From: Eledone cirrhosa
Taxonomy: Eukaryota
Assembly: GCA_964016885.1 (NCBI GenBank)
Contig: OZ024740.1
Coordinates: forward strand, 432,264,001 to 432,328,000
Direction: 5' to 3'
DNA length: 64,000 bases
A model generated the notes under the pieces. That model saw nothing but the letters and a program-made list of their open reading frames with translations, was not told the origin of the DNA and ran no database searches. A program made the translations under genes and the position numbers. Below, piece after piece: positions 1 through 18,000 of the stretch. Position 1 is the stretch's first letter; each line of letters opens with the position of its first letter.

Positions 1-3000
1 TCCATCAACTACCACTGTGACAATCCATCAACTACCACTATGACAATCCATCAACTACCACTGTGATCATCCATCAACTACCACTGTGACAATCCAACAA
101 CTACCACTATGACAATCCATCAACTACCACTGTGACAATCCATCAACTACCACTGTGACAATCCATCAACTACCACTGTGACAATCCATCAACTACCACT
201 GTGGCAATCCATCAACTACCACTATGACAATCCATCAACTACCACTGTGACCATCCATCAACTACCACTGTGACAATCCATCAACTACCACTGTGACAAT
301 CCATCAACTACCACTGTGACAATCCATCAACTACGACTGTGACAATCCATCAACTACCACTGTGACAATCCATCAACTACCACTATGACAATCCATCAAC
401 TACCACTGTGACAATCCATCAACTACCACTATGACAATCCTGCTACCACTGTGACAATCCATCAACTACCACTGTGACAATCCATCAACTACCACTGTGA
501 CAATCCATCAACTACCACTGTGACAATCCATCAACTACCACTGTGACAATCCATCAACTACCACTGTGACCATCCATCAACTACAACTGTGACAATCCAT
601 CAACTACCACTGTGACAATCCATCAACTACCACTCTGACAATCCATCAACTACCACTCTGACAATCCATCAACTACCACTGTGACAATCCATCAACTACC
701 ACTATGACAATCCTGCTACCACTGTGACAATCCATCAACTACCACTGTGACAATCCATCAACTACCACTGTGACCATCCATCAACTACCACTGTGACAAT
801 CCATCAACTACCACTGTGACAATCCATCAACTACCACTGTGACAATCCATCAACTACCACTATGACAATCCTGCTACCACTGTGACAATCCATCAACTAC
901 CACTGTGACAATCCATCAACTACCACTGTGACCATCCATCAACTACCACTGTGACAATCCATCAACTACCACTGTGACAATCCATCAACTACCACTGTGA
1001 CAATCCATCAACTACCACTGTGACAATCCATCAACTACCACTGTGACCATCCATCAACTACCACTCTGACAATCCATCAACTACCACTCTGACAATCCAT
1101 CAACTACCACTGTGACAATCCATCAACTACCACTGTGACAATCCATCAACTACCACTGTGACAATCCATCAACTACCACTGTGACAATCCATCAACTACC
1201 ACTATGACAATCCTGCTACCACTGTGACAATCCATCAACTACCACTGTGACAATCCATCAACTACCACTGTGACCATCCATCAACTACCACTGTGACAAT
1301 CCATCAACTACCACTGTGACAATCCATCAACTACCACTGTGACAATCCATCAACTACCACTGTGACAATCCATCAACTACCACTGTGACCATCCATCAAC
1401 TACCACTCTGACAATCCATCAACTACCACTCTGACAATCCATCAACTACCACTGTGACAATCCATCAACTACCACTGTGACAATCCATCAACTACCACTG
1501 TGACAATCCATCAACTACCACTGTGACCATCCATCAACTACCACTGTGACAATCCATCAACTACCACTGTGACAATCCATCAACTACCACTGTGACAATC
1601 CATCAACTACCACTATGACAATCCTGCTACCACTGTGACAATCCATCAACTACCACTGTGACAATCCATCAACTACCACTATGACAATCCTGCTACCACT
1701 GTGACAATCCATCAACTACCACTGTGACCATCCATCAACTACCACTGTGACCATCCATCAACTACCACTGTGACCATCCATCAACTACCACTGTGACCAT
1801 CCATCAACTACCACTGTGACCATCCATCAACTACCACTGTGACAATCCATCAACTACCACTGTGACCATCCATCAACTACCACTGTGACAATCCATCAAC
1901 TACCACTGTGACAATCCATCAACTACCACTGTGACCATCCATCAACTACCACTGTGACAATCCTGCTACCACTATGACAATCCATCAACTACCACTGTGA
2001 CCATCCATCAACTACCACTGTGACAATCAATCAACTACCACTGTGACAATCCATCAACTACCACTGTGACAATCCATCAACTACCACTGTGACCATCCAT
2101 CAACTACCACTGTGACAATCCATCAACTACCACTGTGACAATCCATCAACTACCACTGTGACCATCCATCAACTACCACTGTGACCATCCATCAACTACC
2201 ACTGTGACAATCCATCAACTACCACTGTGACAATCCATCAACTACCACTGTGACAATCCATCAACTACCACTGTGACAATCAATCAACTACCACTGTGAC
2301 AATCCATCAACTACCACTGTGACAATCCATCAACTACCACTGTGACCATCCATCAACTACCACTGTGACAATCCATCAACTACCACTGTGACCATCCATC
2401 AACTACCACTGTGACAATCCATCAACTACCACTGTGACCATCCATCAACTACCACTGTGACAATCCATCAACTACCACTGTGACAATCCATCAACTACCA
2501 CTGTGACAATCCATCAACTACCACTGTGACCATCCATCAACTACCACTGCGACAATCCATCAACTACCACTGCGACAATCCATCAACTACCACTACGACA
2601 ATCCATCAACTACCACTGCGACAATCCATCAACTACCACTGTGACAATCCATCAACTACCACTGTGACAATCCATCAACTACCACTGTGACAATCCATCA
2701 ACTACCACTGTGACAATCCATCAACTACCACTGTGACCATCCATCAACTACCACTGTGACAATCCATCAACTACCACTGTGACAATCCATCAACTACCAC
2801 TGTGACCATCCATCAACTACCACTGTGACAATCCATCAACTACCACTGTGACAATCCATCAACTACCACTGTGACAATCCATCAACTACCACTGTGACCA
2901 TCCATCAACTACCACTGTGACCATCCATCAACTACCACTGTGACCATCCATCAACTACCACTGTGACCATCCATCAACTACCACTGTGAACATCCATCAA

Positions 3001-6000
3001 CTACCACTGTGACCATCCATCAACTACCACTGTGACAATCCATCAACTACCACTGTGACAATCCATCAACTACCACTGTGACAATCCATCAACTACCACT
3101 GTGACCATCCATCAACTACCACTGTGACCATCCATCAACTACCACTGTGACAATCCATCAACTACCACTGCGACAATCCATCAACTACCACTGCGACAAT
3201 CCATCAACTACCACTGCGACAATCCATCAACTACCACTGCGACAATCCATCAACTACCACTGTGACAATCCATCAACTACCACTGTGACAATCCATCAAC
3301 TACCACTGTGACAATCCATCAACTACCACTGTGACAATCCATCAACTACCACTGTGACCATCCATCAACTACCACTGTGACAATCCATCAACTACCACTG
3401 TGACAATCCATCAACTACCACTGTGACCATCCATCAACTACCACTGTGACAATCCATCAACTACCACTGTGACAATCCATCAACTACCACTGTGACAATC
3501 CATCAACTACCACTGTGACCATCCATCAACTACCACTGTGACCATCCATCAACTACCACTGTGACCATCCATCAACTACCACTGTGACCATCCATCAACT
3601 ACCACTGTGACCATCCATCAACTACCACTGTGACCATCCATCAACTACCACTGTGACAATCCATCAACTACCACTGTGACAATCCATCAACTACCACTGT
3701 GACAATCCATCAACTACCACTGTGACCATCCATCAACTACCACTGTGACCATCCATCAACTACCACTGTGACAATCCATCAACTACCACTGTGACAATCC
3801 ATCAACTACCACTGTGACAATCCATCAACTACCACTGTGACAATCCATCAACTACCACTGTGACAATCCATCAACTACCACCGTGACAATCCATCAACTA
3901 CCACGGTGACAATCCTGCTACCACTGTGACAATCCATCAACTACCACTGTGACAATCCATCAACTACCACTGTGACAATCCATCAACTACCACTGTGACA
4001 ATCCATCAACTACCACTGTGACAATCCATCAACTACCACTGTGACAATCCATCAACTACCACTGTGACAATCCATCAACTACCACTGTGACAATCCATCA
4101 ACTACCACTGTGACAATCTATCAACTACCACTGTGACAATCCATCAACTACCACTGTGACAATCCATCAACTACCACTGTGACAATCCATCAACTACCAC
4201 TGTGACAATCCATCAACTACCACTATGACAATCCATCAACTACCACTATGACAATCCATCAACTACCACTGTGACCATCCATCAACTACCACTGTGACAA
4301 TCCATCAACTACCACTGTGACAATCCATCAACTACCACGGTGACAATCCATCAACTACCACTATGACAATCCTGCTACCACTGTGACAATCCATCAACTA
4401 CCACTGTGACAATCCATCAACTACCACTGTGACAATCTATCAACTACCACTGTGACAATCCATCAACTACCACTGTGACAATGCATCAACTAGCACTGTG
4501 ACAATCCATCAACTACCACTATGACAATCCATCAACTACCACTGTGACAATCCATCAACTACCACTGTGACCATCCATCAACTACCACTGTGACAATCCA
4601 TCAACTACCACTGTGACAATCCATCAACTACCACTGTGACAATGCATCAACTAGCACTGTGACAATCCATCAACTACCACTATGACAATCCATCAACTAC
4701 CACTGTGACAATCCATCAACTACCACTGTCACAATCCATCAACTACCACTGTGACAATCCATCAACTACCACTGTGACAATCCATCAACTACCACTGTGA
4801 CAATCCATCAACTACCACTGTGACAATCCATCAACTACCACTGTGACAATCCATCAACTACCACTGTGACAATGCATCAACTAGCACTGTGACAATCCAT
4901 CAACTACCACTATGACAATCCATCAACTACCACTGTGACAATCCATCAACTACCACTGTGACCATCCATCAACTACCACTGTGACAATCCATCAACTACC
5001 ACTGTGACAATCCATCAACTACCACTGTGACAATCCATCAACTACCACTGTGACCATCCATCAACTACCACGGTGACAATCCATCAACTACCACTGTGAC
5101 AATCCATCAACTACCACTGTGACCATCCATCAACTACCACAGTGACAATCCAACTACCACGGTGACAATCCATCAACTACCACTGTGACAATCCATCAAC
5201 TACCACTGTGACCATCCATCAACTACCACGGTGACAATCCATCAACTACCACGGTGACAATCCATCAACTACCACTGTGACAATCCATCAACTACCACTG
5301 TGACCATCCATCAACTACCACGGTGACAATCCATCAACTACCACTGTGACAATCCATCAACTACCACTGTGACAATCCATCAACTACCACTGTGACAATC
5401 CATCAACTACCACTGTGACCATCCATCAACTACCACGGTGACAATCCATCAACTACCACGGTGACAATCCATCAACTACCACTGTGACAATCCATCAACT
5501 ACCACGGTGACAATCCATCAACTACCACTGTGACAATCCATCAACTACCACTGTGACAATCCATCAACTACCACTGTGACCATCCATCAACTACCACGGT
5601 GACAATCCATCAACTACCACGGTGACAATCCATCAACTACCACTGTGACAATCCATCAACTACCACTGTGACAATCCATCAACTACCACTGTGACAATGC
5701 ATCAACTAGCACTGTGACAATCCATCAACTACCACTGTGACAATCCATCAACTACCACTGTGACAATCCATCAACTACCACTGTGACCATCCATCAACTA
5801 CCACTGTGACAATCCATCAACTACCACTGTGACAATCCATCAACTACCACTGTGACCATCCATCAACTACCACGGTGACAATCCATCAACTACCACTGTG
5901 ACAATCCATCAACTACCACTGTGACAATCCATCAACTACCACTGTGACCATCCATCAACTACCACTGTGACAATCCATCAACTACCACTGTGACAATCCA

Positions 6001-9000
6001 TCAACTACCACTGTGACCATCCATCAACTACCACTGTGACAATCCATCAACTACCACTGTGACAATCCATCAACTACCACTGTGACCATCCATCAACTAC
6101 CACTGTGACAATCCATCAACTACCACTGTGACAATCCATCAACTACCACTGTGACCATCCATCAACTACCACTGTGACAATCCATCAACTACCACTGTGA
6201 CAATCCATCAACTACCACTGTGACAATCCATCAACTACCACTGTGACAATCCATCAACTACCACTGTGACCATCCATCAACTACCACTGTGACAATCCAT
6301 CAACTACCACTGTGACAATCCATCAACTACCACTGTGACAATGCATCAACTAGCACTGTGACAATCCATCAACTACCACTATGACAATCCATCAACTACC
6401 ACTGTGACAATCCATCAACTACCACTGTCACAATCCATCAACTACCACTGTGACAATCCATCAACTACCACTGTGACAATCCATCAACTACCACTGTGAC
6501 AATCCATCAACTACCACTGTGACAATCCATCAACTACCACTGTGACAATCCATCAACTACCACTGTGACAATGCATCAACTAGCACTGTGACAATCCATC
6601 AACTACCACTATGACAATCCATCAACTACCACTGTGACAATCCATCAACTACCACTGTGACCATCCATCAACTACCACTGTGACAATCCATCAACTACCA
6701 CTGTGACAATCCATCAACTACCACTGTGACAATCCATCAACTACCACTGTGACCATCCATCAACTACCACGGTGACAATCCATCAACTACCACTGTGACA
6801 ATCCATCAACTACCACTGTGACCATCCATCAACTACCACAGTGACAATCCAACTACCACGGTGACAATCCATCAACTACCACTGTGACAATCCATCAACT
6901 ACCACTGTGACCATCCATCAACTACCACGGTGACAATCCATCAACTACCACGGTGACAATCCATCAACTACCACTGTGACAATCCATCAACTACCACTGT
7001 GACCATCCATCAACTACCACGGTGACAATCCATCAACTACCACTGTGACAATCCATCAACTACCACTGTGACAATCCATCAACTACCACTGTGACAATCC
7101 ATCAACTACCACTGTGACCATCCATCAACTACCACGGTGACAATCCATCAACTACCACGGTGACAATCCATCAACTACCACTGTGACAATCCATCAACTA
7201 CCACGGTGACAATCCATCAACTACCACTGTGACAATCCATCAACTACCACTGTGACCATCCATCAACTACCACGGTGACAATCCATCAACTACCACGGTG
7301 ACAATCCATCAACTACCACTGTGACAATCCATCAACTACCACTGTGACAATCCATCAACTACCACTGTGACCATCCATCAACTACCACGGTGACAATCCA
7401 TCAACTACCACTGTGACAATCCATCAACTACCACTGTGACAATGCATCAACTACCACTGTGACAATCCATCAACTACCACTGTGACCATCCATCAACTAC
7501 CACGGTGACAATCCATCAACTACCACTGTGACCATCCATCAACTACCACTGTGACAATCCATCAACTCCCACTGTGACAATCCATCAACTACCACTGTGA
7601 CAATGCATCAACTAGCACTGTGACAATCCATCAACTACCACTATGACAATCCATCAACTACCACTGTGACAATCCATCAACTACCACTGTGACCATCCAT
7701 CAACTACCACTGTGACAATCCATCAACTACCACTGTGACAATCCATCAACTACCACTGTGACCATCCATCAACTACCACGGTGACAATCCATCAACTACC
7801 ACTGTGACAATCCATCAACTACCACTGTGACAATCCATCAACTACCACTGTGACAATCCATCAACTACCACTGTGACAATCCATCAACTACCACTGTGAC
7901 CATCCATCAACTACCACTGTGACAATCCATCAACTACCACTGTGACAATCCATCAACTACCACTGTGACCATCCATCAACTACCACTGTGACAATCCATC
8001 AACTACCACTGTGACAATCCATCAACTACCACTGTGACCATCCATCAACTACTACTATCACAATCCTGCTACCACTGTGACAATCCATCAACTACCACTG
8101 TGACAATCCATCAACTACCACTGTGACCATCCATCAACTACCACTGTGACAATCCATCAACTACCACTGTGACAATCCATCAACTACCACTATGACAATC
8201 CTGCTACCACTGTGACAATCCATCAACTACCACTGTGACCATCCATCAACTACCACTGTGACAATCCATCAACTACCACTGTGACAATCCATCAACTACC
8301 ACTATGACAATCCTGCTACCACTGTGACAATCCATCAACTACCACTGTGACAATCCATCAACTACCACTGTGACAATCCATCAACTACCACTGTGACAAT
8401 CCATCAACTACCACTGTGACAATCCATCAACTACCACTGTCACCATCCATCAACTACCACTGTGACAATCCATCAACTACCACTATGACAATCCTGCTAC
8501 CACTGTGACAACCCATCAACTACCACTGTGACCATCCATCAACTACCACTGTGACAATCCATCAACTACCACTGTGACAATCCTGCTACCACTGTGACAA
8601 TCCATCAACTACCACTGTGACAATCCATCAACTACCACTGTGACAATCCATCAACTACCACTGTGGCAATCCATCAACTACCACTGTGACAATCCATCAA
8701 CTACCACTGTGACCATCCATCAACTACCACTGTGACAATCCATCAACTACCACTGTGACAATCCATCAACTACCACTGTGACAATCCATCAACTACCACT
8801 GTGACAATCCATCAACTACCACTGTGACAATCCATCAACTACCACTATGACAATCCATCAACTACCACTGTGACAATCCATCAACTACCACTGTGACAAT
8901 CCATCAACTACCACTGTGACAATCCATCAACTACCACTGTGACAATCCATCAACTACCACTGAGACAATCCATCAACTACCACTATGACAATCCATCAAC

Positions 9001-12000
9001 TACCACTGTGACCATCCATCAACTACCACTGTGACAATCCATCAACTACCACGGTGACAATCCATCAACTACCACTATGACAATCCTGCTACCACTGTGA
9101 CAATACATCAACTACCACTGTGACAATCCATCAACTACCACTGTGACAATCCATCAACTACCACTGTGACAATCCATCAACTACCACTGTGACCATCCAT
9201 CAACTACCACTGTGACAATCCATCAACTACCACTGTGACCATCCATCAACTACCACTGTGACCATCCATCAACTACCACTGTGACAATCGATCAACTACC
9301 ACTGTGACCATCCATCAACTACCACTGTGACAATCCATCAACTACCACTGTGACAATCCATCAACTACCACTGTGACAATCCATCAACTACCACGGTGAC
9401 AATCCATCAACTACCACGGTGACAATCCATCAACTACCACTGTGACAATCCATCAACTACCACTGTGACCATCCATCAACTACCACTGTGACAATCCATC
9501 AACTACCACTGTGACCATCCATCAACTACCACTGTGACCATCCATCAACTACCACTGTGACCATCCATCAACTACCACTGTGACCATCCATCAACTACCA
9601 CTGTGACCATCCATCAACTACCACTGTGACAATCGATCAACTACCACTGTGACCATCCATCAACTACCACTGTGACAATCCATCAACTACCACTGTGACA
9701 ATCCATCAACTACCACTGTGACAATCCATCAACTACCACGGTGACAATCCATCAACTACCACGGTGACAATCCATCAACTACCACTGTGACAATCCATCA
9801 ACTACCACTGTGACCATCCATCAACTACCACTGTGACAATCCATCAACTACCACTGTGACCATCCATCAACTACCACTGTGACCATCCATCAACTACCAC
9901 TGTGACCATCCATCAACTACCACTGTGACCATCCATCAACTACCACTGTGACAATCCATCAACTACCACTGTGACCATCCATCAACTACCACTGTGACAA
10001 TCCATCAACTACCACTGTGACCATCCATCAACTACCACTGTGACAATCCATCAACTACCACTGTGACAATCCATCAACTACCACTGTGACAATCCATCAA
10101 CTACCACTGTGACCATCCATCAACTACCACTGTGACCATCCATCAACTACCACTGTGACAATCCATCAACTACCACGGTGACTATCCATCAACTACCACT
10201 ATGACAATCCTGCTACCACTGTCACAATCCATCAACTACCACTGTGACCATCCATCAACTACCACTGTGACAATCCACCAACTACCACTGTGACAATCCA
10301 TCAACTACCACTGTGACAATCCATCAACTACCACTGTGACAATCCATCAACTACCACTGTGACAATCCATCAACTACCACTATGACAATCCATCAACTAC
10401 CACTGTGATCATCCATCAACTACCACTGTGACAATCCAACAACTACCACTATGACAATCCATCAACTACCACTGTGACAATCCATCAACTACCACTGTGA
10501 CAATCCATCAACTACCACTGTGACAATCCATCAACTACCACTGTGGCAATCCATCAACTACCACTATGACAATCCATCAACTACCACTGTGACCATCCAT
10601 CAACTACCACTGTGACAATCCATCAACTACCACTGTGACAATCCATCAACTACCACTGTGACAATCCATCAACTACGACTGTGACAATCCATCAACTACC
10701 ACTGTGACAATCCATCAACTACCACTATGACAATCCATCAACTACCACTGTGACAATCCATCAACTACCACTATGACAATCCTGCTACCACTGTGACAAT
10801 CCATCAACTACCACTGTGACAATCCATCAACTACCACTGTGACAATCCATCAACTACCACTGTGACAATCCATCAACTACCACTGTGACCATCCATCAAC
10901 TACAACTGTGACAATCCATCAACTACCACTGTGACAATCCATCAACTACCACTCTGACAATCCATCAACTACCACTCTGACAATCCATCAACTACCACTG
11001 TGACAATCCATCAACTACCACTATGACAATCCTGCTACCACTGTGACAATCCATCAACTACCACTGTGACAATCCATCAACTACCACTGTGACCATCCAT
11101 CAACTACCACTGTGACAATCCATCAACTACCACTGTGACAATCCATCAACTACCACTGTGACAATCCATCAACTACCACTATGACAATCCTGCTACCACT
11201 GTGACAATCCATCAACTACCACTGTGACAATCCATCAACTACCACTGTGACCATCCATCAACTACCACTGTGACAATCCATCAACTACCACTGTGACAAT
11301 CCATCAACTACCACTGTGACAATCCATCAACTACCACTGTGACAATCCATCAACTACCACTGTGACCATCCATCAACTACCACTCTGACAATCCATCAAC
11401 TACCACTCTGACAATCCATCAACTACCACTGTGACAATCCATCAACTACCACTGTGACAATCCATCAACTACCACTGTGACAATCCATCAACTACCACTG
11501 TGACAATCCATCAACTACCACTATGACAATCCTGCTACCACTGTGACAATCCATCAACTACCACTGTGACAATCCATCAACTACCACTGTGACCATCCAT
11601 CAACTACCACTGTGACAATCCATCAACTACCACTGTGACAATCCATCAACTACCACTGTGACAATCCATCAACTACCACTGTGACAATCCATCAACTACC
11701 ACTGTGACCATCCATCAACTACCACTCTGACAATCCATCAACTACCACTCTGACAATCCATCAACTACCACTGTGACAATCCATCAACTACCACTGTGAC
11801 AATCCATCAACTACCACTGTGACAATCCATCAACTACCACTGTGACCATCCATCAACTACCACTGTGACAATCCATCAACTACCACTGTGACAATCCATC
11901 AACTACCACTGTGACAATCCATCAACTACCACTATGACAATCCTGCTACCACTGTGACAATCCATCAACTACCACTGTGACAATCCATCAACTACCACTA

Positions 12001-15000
12001 TGACAATCCTGCTACCACTGTGACAATCCATCAACTACCACTGTGACCATCCATCAACTACCACTGTGACCATCCATCAACTACCACTGTGACCATCCAT
12101 CAACTACCACTGTGACCATCCATCAACTACCACTGTGACCATCCATCAACTACCACTGTGACAATCCATCAACTACCACTGTGACCATCCATCAACTACC
12201 ACTGTGACAATCCATCAACTACCACTGTGACAATCCATCAACTACCACTGTGACCATCCATCAACTACCACTGTGACAATCCTGCTACCACTATGACAAT
12301 CCATCAACTACCACTGTGACCATCCATCAACTACCACTGTGACAATCAATCAACTACCACTGTGACAATCCATCAACTACCACTGTGACAATCCATCAAC
12401 TACCACTGTGACCATCCATCAACTACCACTGTGACAATCCATCAACTACCACTGTGACAATCCATCAACTACCACTGTGACCATCCATCAACTACCACTG
12501 TGACCATCCATCAACTACCACTGTGACAATCCATCAACTACCACTGTGACAATCCATCAACTACCACTGTGACAATCCATCAACTACCACTGTGACAATC
12601 AATCAACTACCACTGTGACAATCCATCAACTACCACTGTGACAATCCATCAACTACCACTGTGACCATCCATCAACTACCACTGTGACAATCCATCAACT
12701 ACCACTGTGACCATCCATCAACTACCACTGTGACAATCCATCAACTACCACTGTGACCATCCATCAACTACCACTGTGACAATCCATCAACTACCACTGT
12801 GACAATCCATCAACTACCACTGTGACAATCCATCAACTACCACTGTGACCATCCATCAACTACCACTGCGACAATCCATCAACTACCACTGCGACAATCC
12901 ATCAACTACCACTACGACAATCCATCAACTACCACTGCGACAATCCATCAACTACCACTGTGACAATCCATCAACTACCACTGTGACAATCCATCAACTA
13001 CCACTGTGACAATCCATCAACTACCACTGTGACAATCCATCAACTACCACTGTGACCATCCATCAACTACCACTGTGACAATCCATCAACTACCACTGTG
13101 ACAATCCATCAACTACCACTGTGACCATCCATCAACTACCACTGTGACAATCCATCAACTACCACTGTGACAATCCATCAACTACCACTGTGACAATCCA
13201 TCAACTACCACTGTGACCATCCATCAACTACCACTGTGACCATCCATCAACTACCACTGTGACCATCCATCAACTACCACTGTGACCATCCATCAACTAC
13301 CACTGTGAACATCCATCAACTACCACTGTGACCATCCATCAACTACCACTGTGACAATCCATCAACTACCACTGTGACAATCCATCAACTACCACTGTGA
13401 CAATCCATCAACTACCACTGTGACCATCCATCAACTACCACTGTGACCATCCATCAACTACCACTGTGACAATCCATCAACTACCACTGCGACAATCCAT
13501 CAACTACCACTGCGACAATCCATCAACTACCACTGCGACAATCCATCAACTACCACTGCGACAATCCATCAACTACCACTGTGACAATCCATCAACTACC
13601 ACTGTGACAATCCATCAACTACCACTGTGACAATCCATCAACTACCACTGTGACAATCCATCAACTACCACTGTGACCATCCATCAACTACCACTGTGAC
13701 AATCCATCAACTACCACTGTGACAATCCATCAACTACCACTGTGACCATCCATCAACTACCACTGTGACAATCCATCAACTACCACTGTGACAATCCATC
13801 AACTACCACTGTGACAATCCATCAACTACCACTGTGACCATCCATCAACTACCACTGTGACCATCCATCAACTACCACTGTGACCATCCATCAACTACCA
13901 CTGTGACCATCCATCAACTACCACTGTGACCATCCATCAACTACCACTGTGACCATCCATCAACTACCACTGTGACAATCCATCAACTACCACTGTGACA
14001 ATCCATCAACTACCACTGTGACAATCCATCAACTACCACTGTGACCATCCATCAACTACCACTGTGACCATCCATCAACTACCACTGTGACAATCCATCA
14101 ACTACCACTGTGACAATCCATCAACTACCACCGTGACAATCCATCAACTACCACGGTGACAATCCTGCTACCACTGTGACAATCCATCAACTACCACTGT
14201 GACAATCCATCAACTACCACTGTGACAATCCATCAACTACCACTGTGACAATCCATCAACTACCACTGTGACAATCCATCAACTACCACTGTGACAATCC
14301 ATCAACTACCACTGTGACAATCCATCAACTACCACTGTGACAATCCATCAACTACCACTGTGACAATCTATCAACTACCACTGTGACAATCCATCAACTA
14401 CCACTGTGACAATCCATCAACTACCACTGTGACAATCCATCAACTACCACTGTGACAATCCATCAACTACCACTATGACAATCCATCAACTACCACTATG
14501 ACAATCCATCAACTACCACTGTGACCATCCATCAACTACCACTGTGACAATCCATCAACTACCACTGTGACAATCCATCAACTACCACGGTGACAATCCA
14601 TCAACTACCACTATGACAATCCTGCTACCACTGTGACAATCCATCAACTACCACTGTGACAATCCATCAACTACCACTGTGACAATCTATCAACTACCAC
14701 TGTGACAATCCATCAACTACCACTGTGACAATCCATCAACTACCACTGTGACAATCCATCAACTACCACGGTGACAATCCATCAACTACCACGGTGACAA
14801 TCCATCAACTACCACTGTGACAATCCTGCTACCACTGTGACAATCCATCAACTACCACTATGACAATCCTGCTACCACTGTGACAATCCATCAACTACCA
14901 CTATGACAATCCTGCTACCACTGTGACAATCCATCAACCACCACTGTGACAATCCATCAACTACCACTGTGACAATCCATCAACTACCACTGTGACAATC

Positions 15001-18000
15001 CATCAACTACCACTGTGACAATCCATCAACTACCACTATGACAATCCATCAACTACCACTGTGACAATCCATCAACTACCACTGTGACAATCCATCAACT
15101 ACCACTGTGACAATCCATCAACTACCACGGTGACAATCCATCAACTACCACTATGACAATCCATCAACTACCACTATGACAATCCATCAACTACCACTGT
15201 GACCATCCATCAACTACCACTGTGACAATCCATCAACTACCACGGTGACAATCCTGCTACCACTGTGACAATCCATCAACTACCACTGTGACAATCCATC
15301 AACTACCACTGTGACAATCCATCAACTACCACGGTGACAATCCTGCTACCACTGTGACCATCCATCAACTACCACGGTGACAATCCATCAACTACCACTA
15401 TGACAATCCTGCTACCACTGTGACAATCCATCAACTACCACTGTGACAATCCATCAACTACCACTGTGACAATCCATCAACTACCACTGTGACAATCCAT
15501 CAACTACCACTGTGACAATCCATCAACTACCACTGTGACAATCCATCAACTACCACTGTGACAATCCATCAACTACCACTATGACAATCCATCAACTACC
15601 ACTATGACAATCCATCAACTACCACTGTGACCATCCATCAACTACCACTGTGACCATCCATCAACTACCACGGTGACAATCCTGCTACCACTGTGACAAT
15701 CCATCAACTACCACTGTGACAATCCATCAACTACCACTGTGACAATCCATCAACTACCACTGTGACAATCCATCAACTACCACTGTGACAATCCATCAAC
15801 TACCACGGTGACAATCCATCAACTACCACTATGACAATCCTGCTACCACTGTCACCATCCATCAACTACCACTGTGACAATCCATCAACTACCACTGTGA
15901 CAATCCTGCTACCACTGTGACAATCCATCAACTACCACTGTGACAATCCATCAACCACCACTGTGACAATCCTGCTACCACTGTGACAATCCATCAACTA
16001 CCACTGTGACAATCCTGCTACCACTGTGACAATCCATCAACTACCACTATGACAATCCATCAACTACCACTATGACAATCCATCAACTACCACTGTGACA
16101 ATCCTGCTACCACTGTGACAATCCATCAACTACCACTATGACAATCCTGCTACCACTGTGACAATCCATCAACTACCACTGTGACAATCCATCAACTACC
16201 ACTGTGACAATCCATCAACTACCACTGTGACAATCCATCAACTACCACGGTGACAATCCTGCTACCACTGTGACCATCCATCAACTACCACTATGACAAT
16301 CCATCAACTACCACTGTGACAATCCATCAACTACCACTATGACAATCCTGCTACCACTGTGACAATCCATCAACTACCACTGTAACAATCCATCAACTAC
16401 CACTGTGACAATCCATCAACTACCACTGTGACAATCCATCAACTACCACTGTGACAATCCATCAACTACCACTGTGTCAATCCATCAACTACCACTGTGA
16501 CAATCCATCAACTACCACTATGACAATCCTGCCACCACTGTGACAATCCATCAACTACCACTGTAACAATCCATCAACTACCACTGTGACAATCCATCAA
16601 CTACCACTGTGACAATCCATCAACTACCACTGTGACAATCCATCAACTACCACTATGACAATCCTGCTACCACTGTGACAATCCATCAACTACCACTGTA
16701 ACAATCCATCAACTACCACTATGACAATCCATCAACTACCACTGTGACAATCCATCAACTACCACTATGACAATCCATCAACTACCACTGTGACCATCCA
16801 TCAACTACCACTGTGACCATCCATCAACTACCACTGTAACAATCCATCAACTACCACTGTGACAATCCATCAACTACCACTGTGACAATCCATCAACTAC
16901 CACTGTGACAATCCATCAACTACCACTATGACAATCCATCAACTACCACTATGACAATCCTGCTACCACTGTGACAATCCATCAACTACCACTGTGACAA
17001 TCCATCAACTACCACTATGACAATCCATCGACTACCACTGTGACAATCCATCAACTACCACTGTGACAATCCATCAACTACCACTGTGACAATCCATCAA
17101 CTACCACTGTGACAATCCATCAACTACCACTGTGACCATCCATCAACTACCACTGTGACAATCCATCAACTACCACTATGACAATCCTGCTACCACCGTG
17201 ACAATCCATCAATACCACTGTGACAATCCATCAACTACCACTGTGACAATCCATCAACTACCACTGTGACCATCCATCAACTACCACTGTGACAATCCTG
17301 CTACCACTGTGACAATCCATCAACTACCACTGTGACAATCCATCAACTACCACTATGACAATCCATCAACTACCACTGTGACAATCCATCAACTACCACT
17401 GTGACAATCCTGCTACCACTGTGACAATCCATCAACTACCACTATGACAATCCTGCTACCACTGTGACAATCCATCAACTACCACTGTGACAATCCATCA
17501 ACTACCACTGTGACCATCCATCAACTACCACTATGACAATCCTGCTACCACTGTAACAATCCATCAACTACCACTGTGACAATCCATCAACTACCACTGT
17601 GACAATCCATCAACTACCACTATGACAATCCATAAACTACCACTATGACAATCCTGCTACCACTGTAACAATCCATCAACTACCACTGTGACAATCCATT
17701 AACTACCACTGTGACAATCCATCAACTACCACTGTGACAATCCATCAACTACCACTGTGACAATCCATCAACTACCACTGTGACAATCCATCAACTACCA
17801 CTGTGACAATCCATCAACTACCACTGTGACAATCCATCAACTACCACTGTGACAATCCATCAACTACCACTGTGACAATCCATCAACTACCACTGTGACA
17901 ATCCATCAACTACCACTATGACAATCCATCAACTACCACTATGACAATCCTGCTACCACTGTAACAATCCATCAACTACCACTGTGACAATCCATCAACT

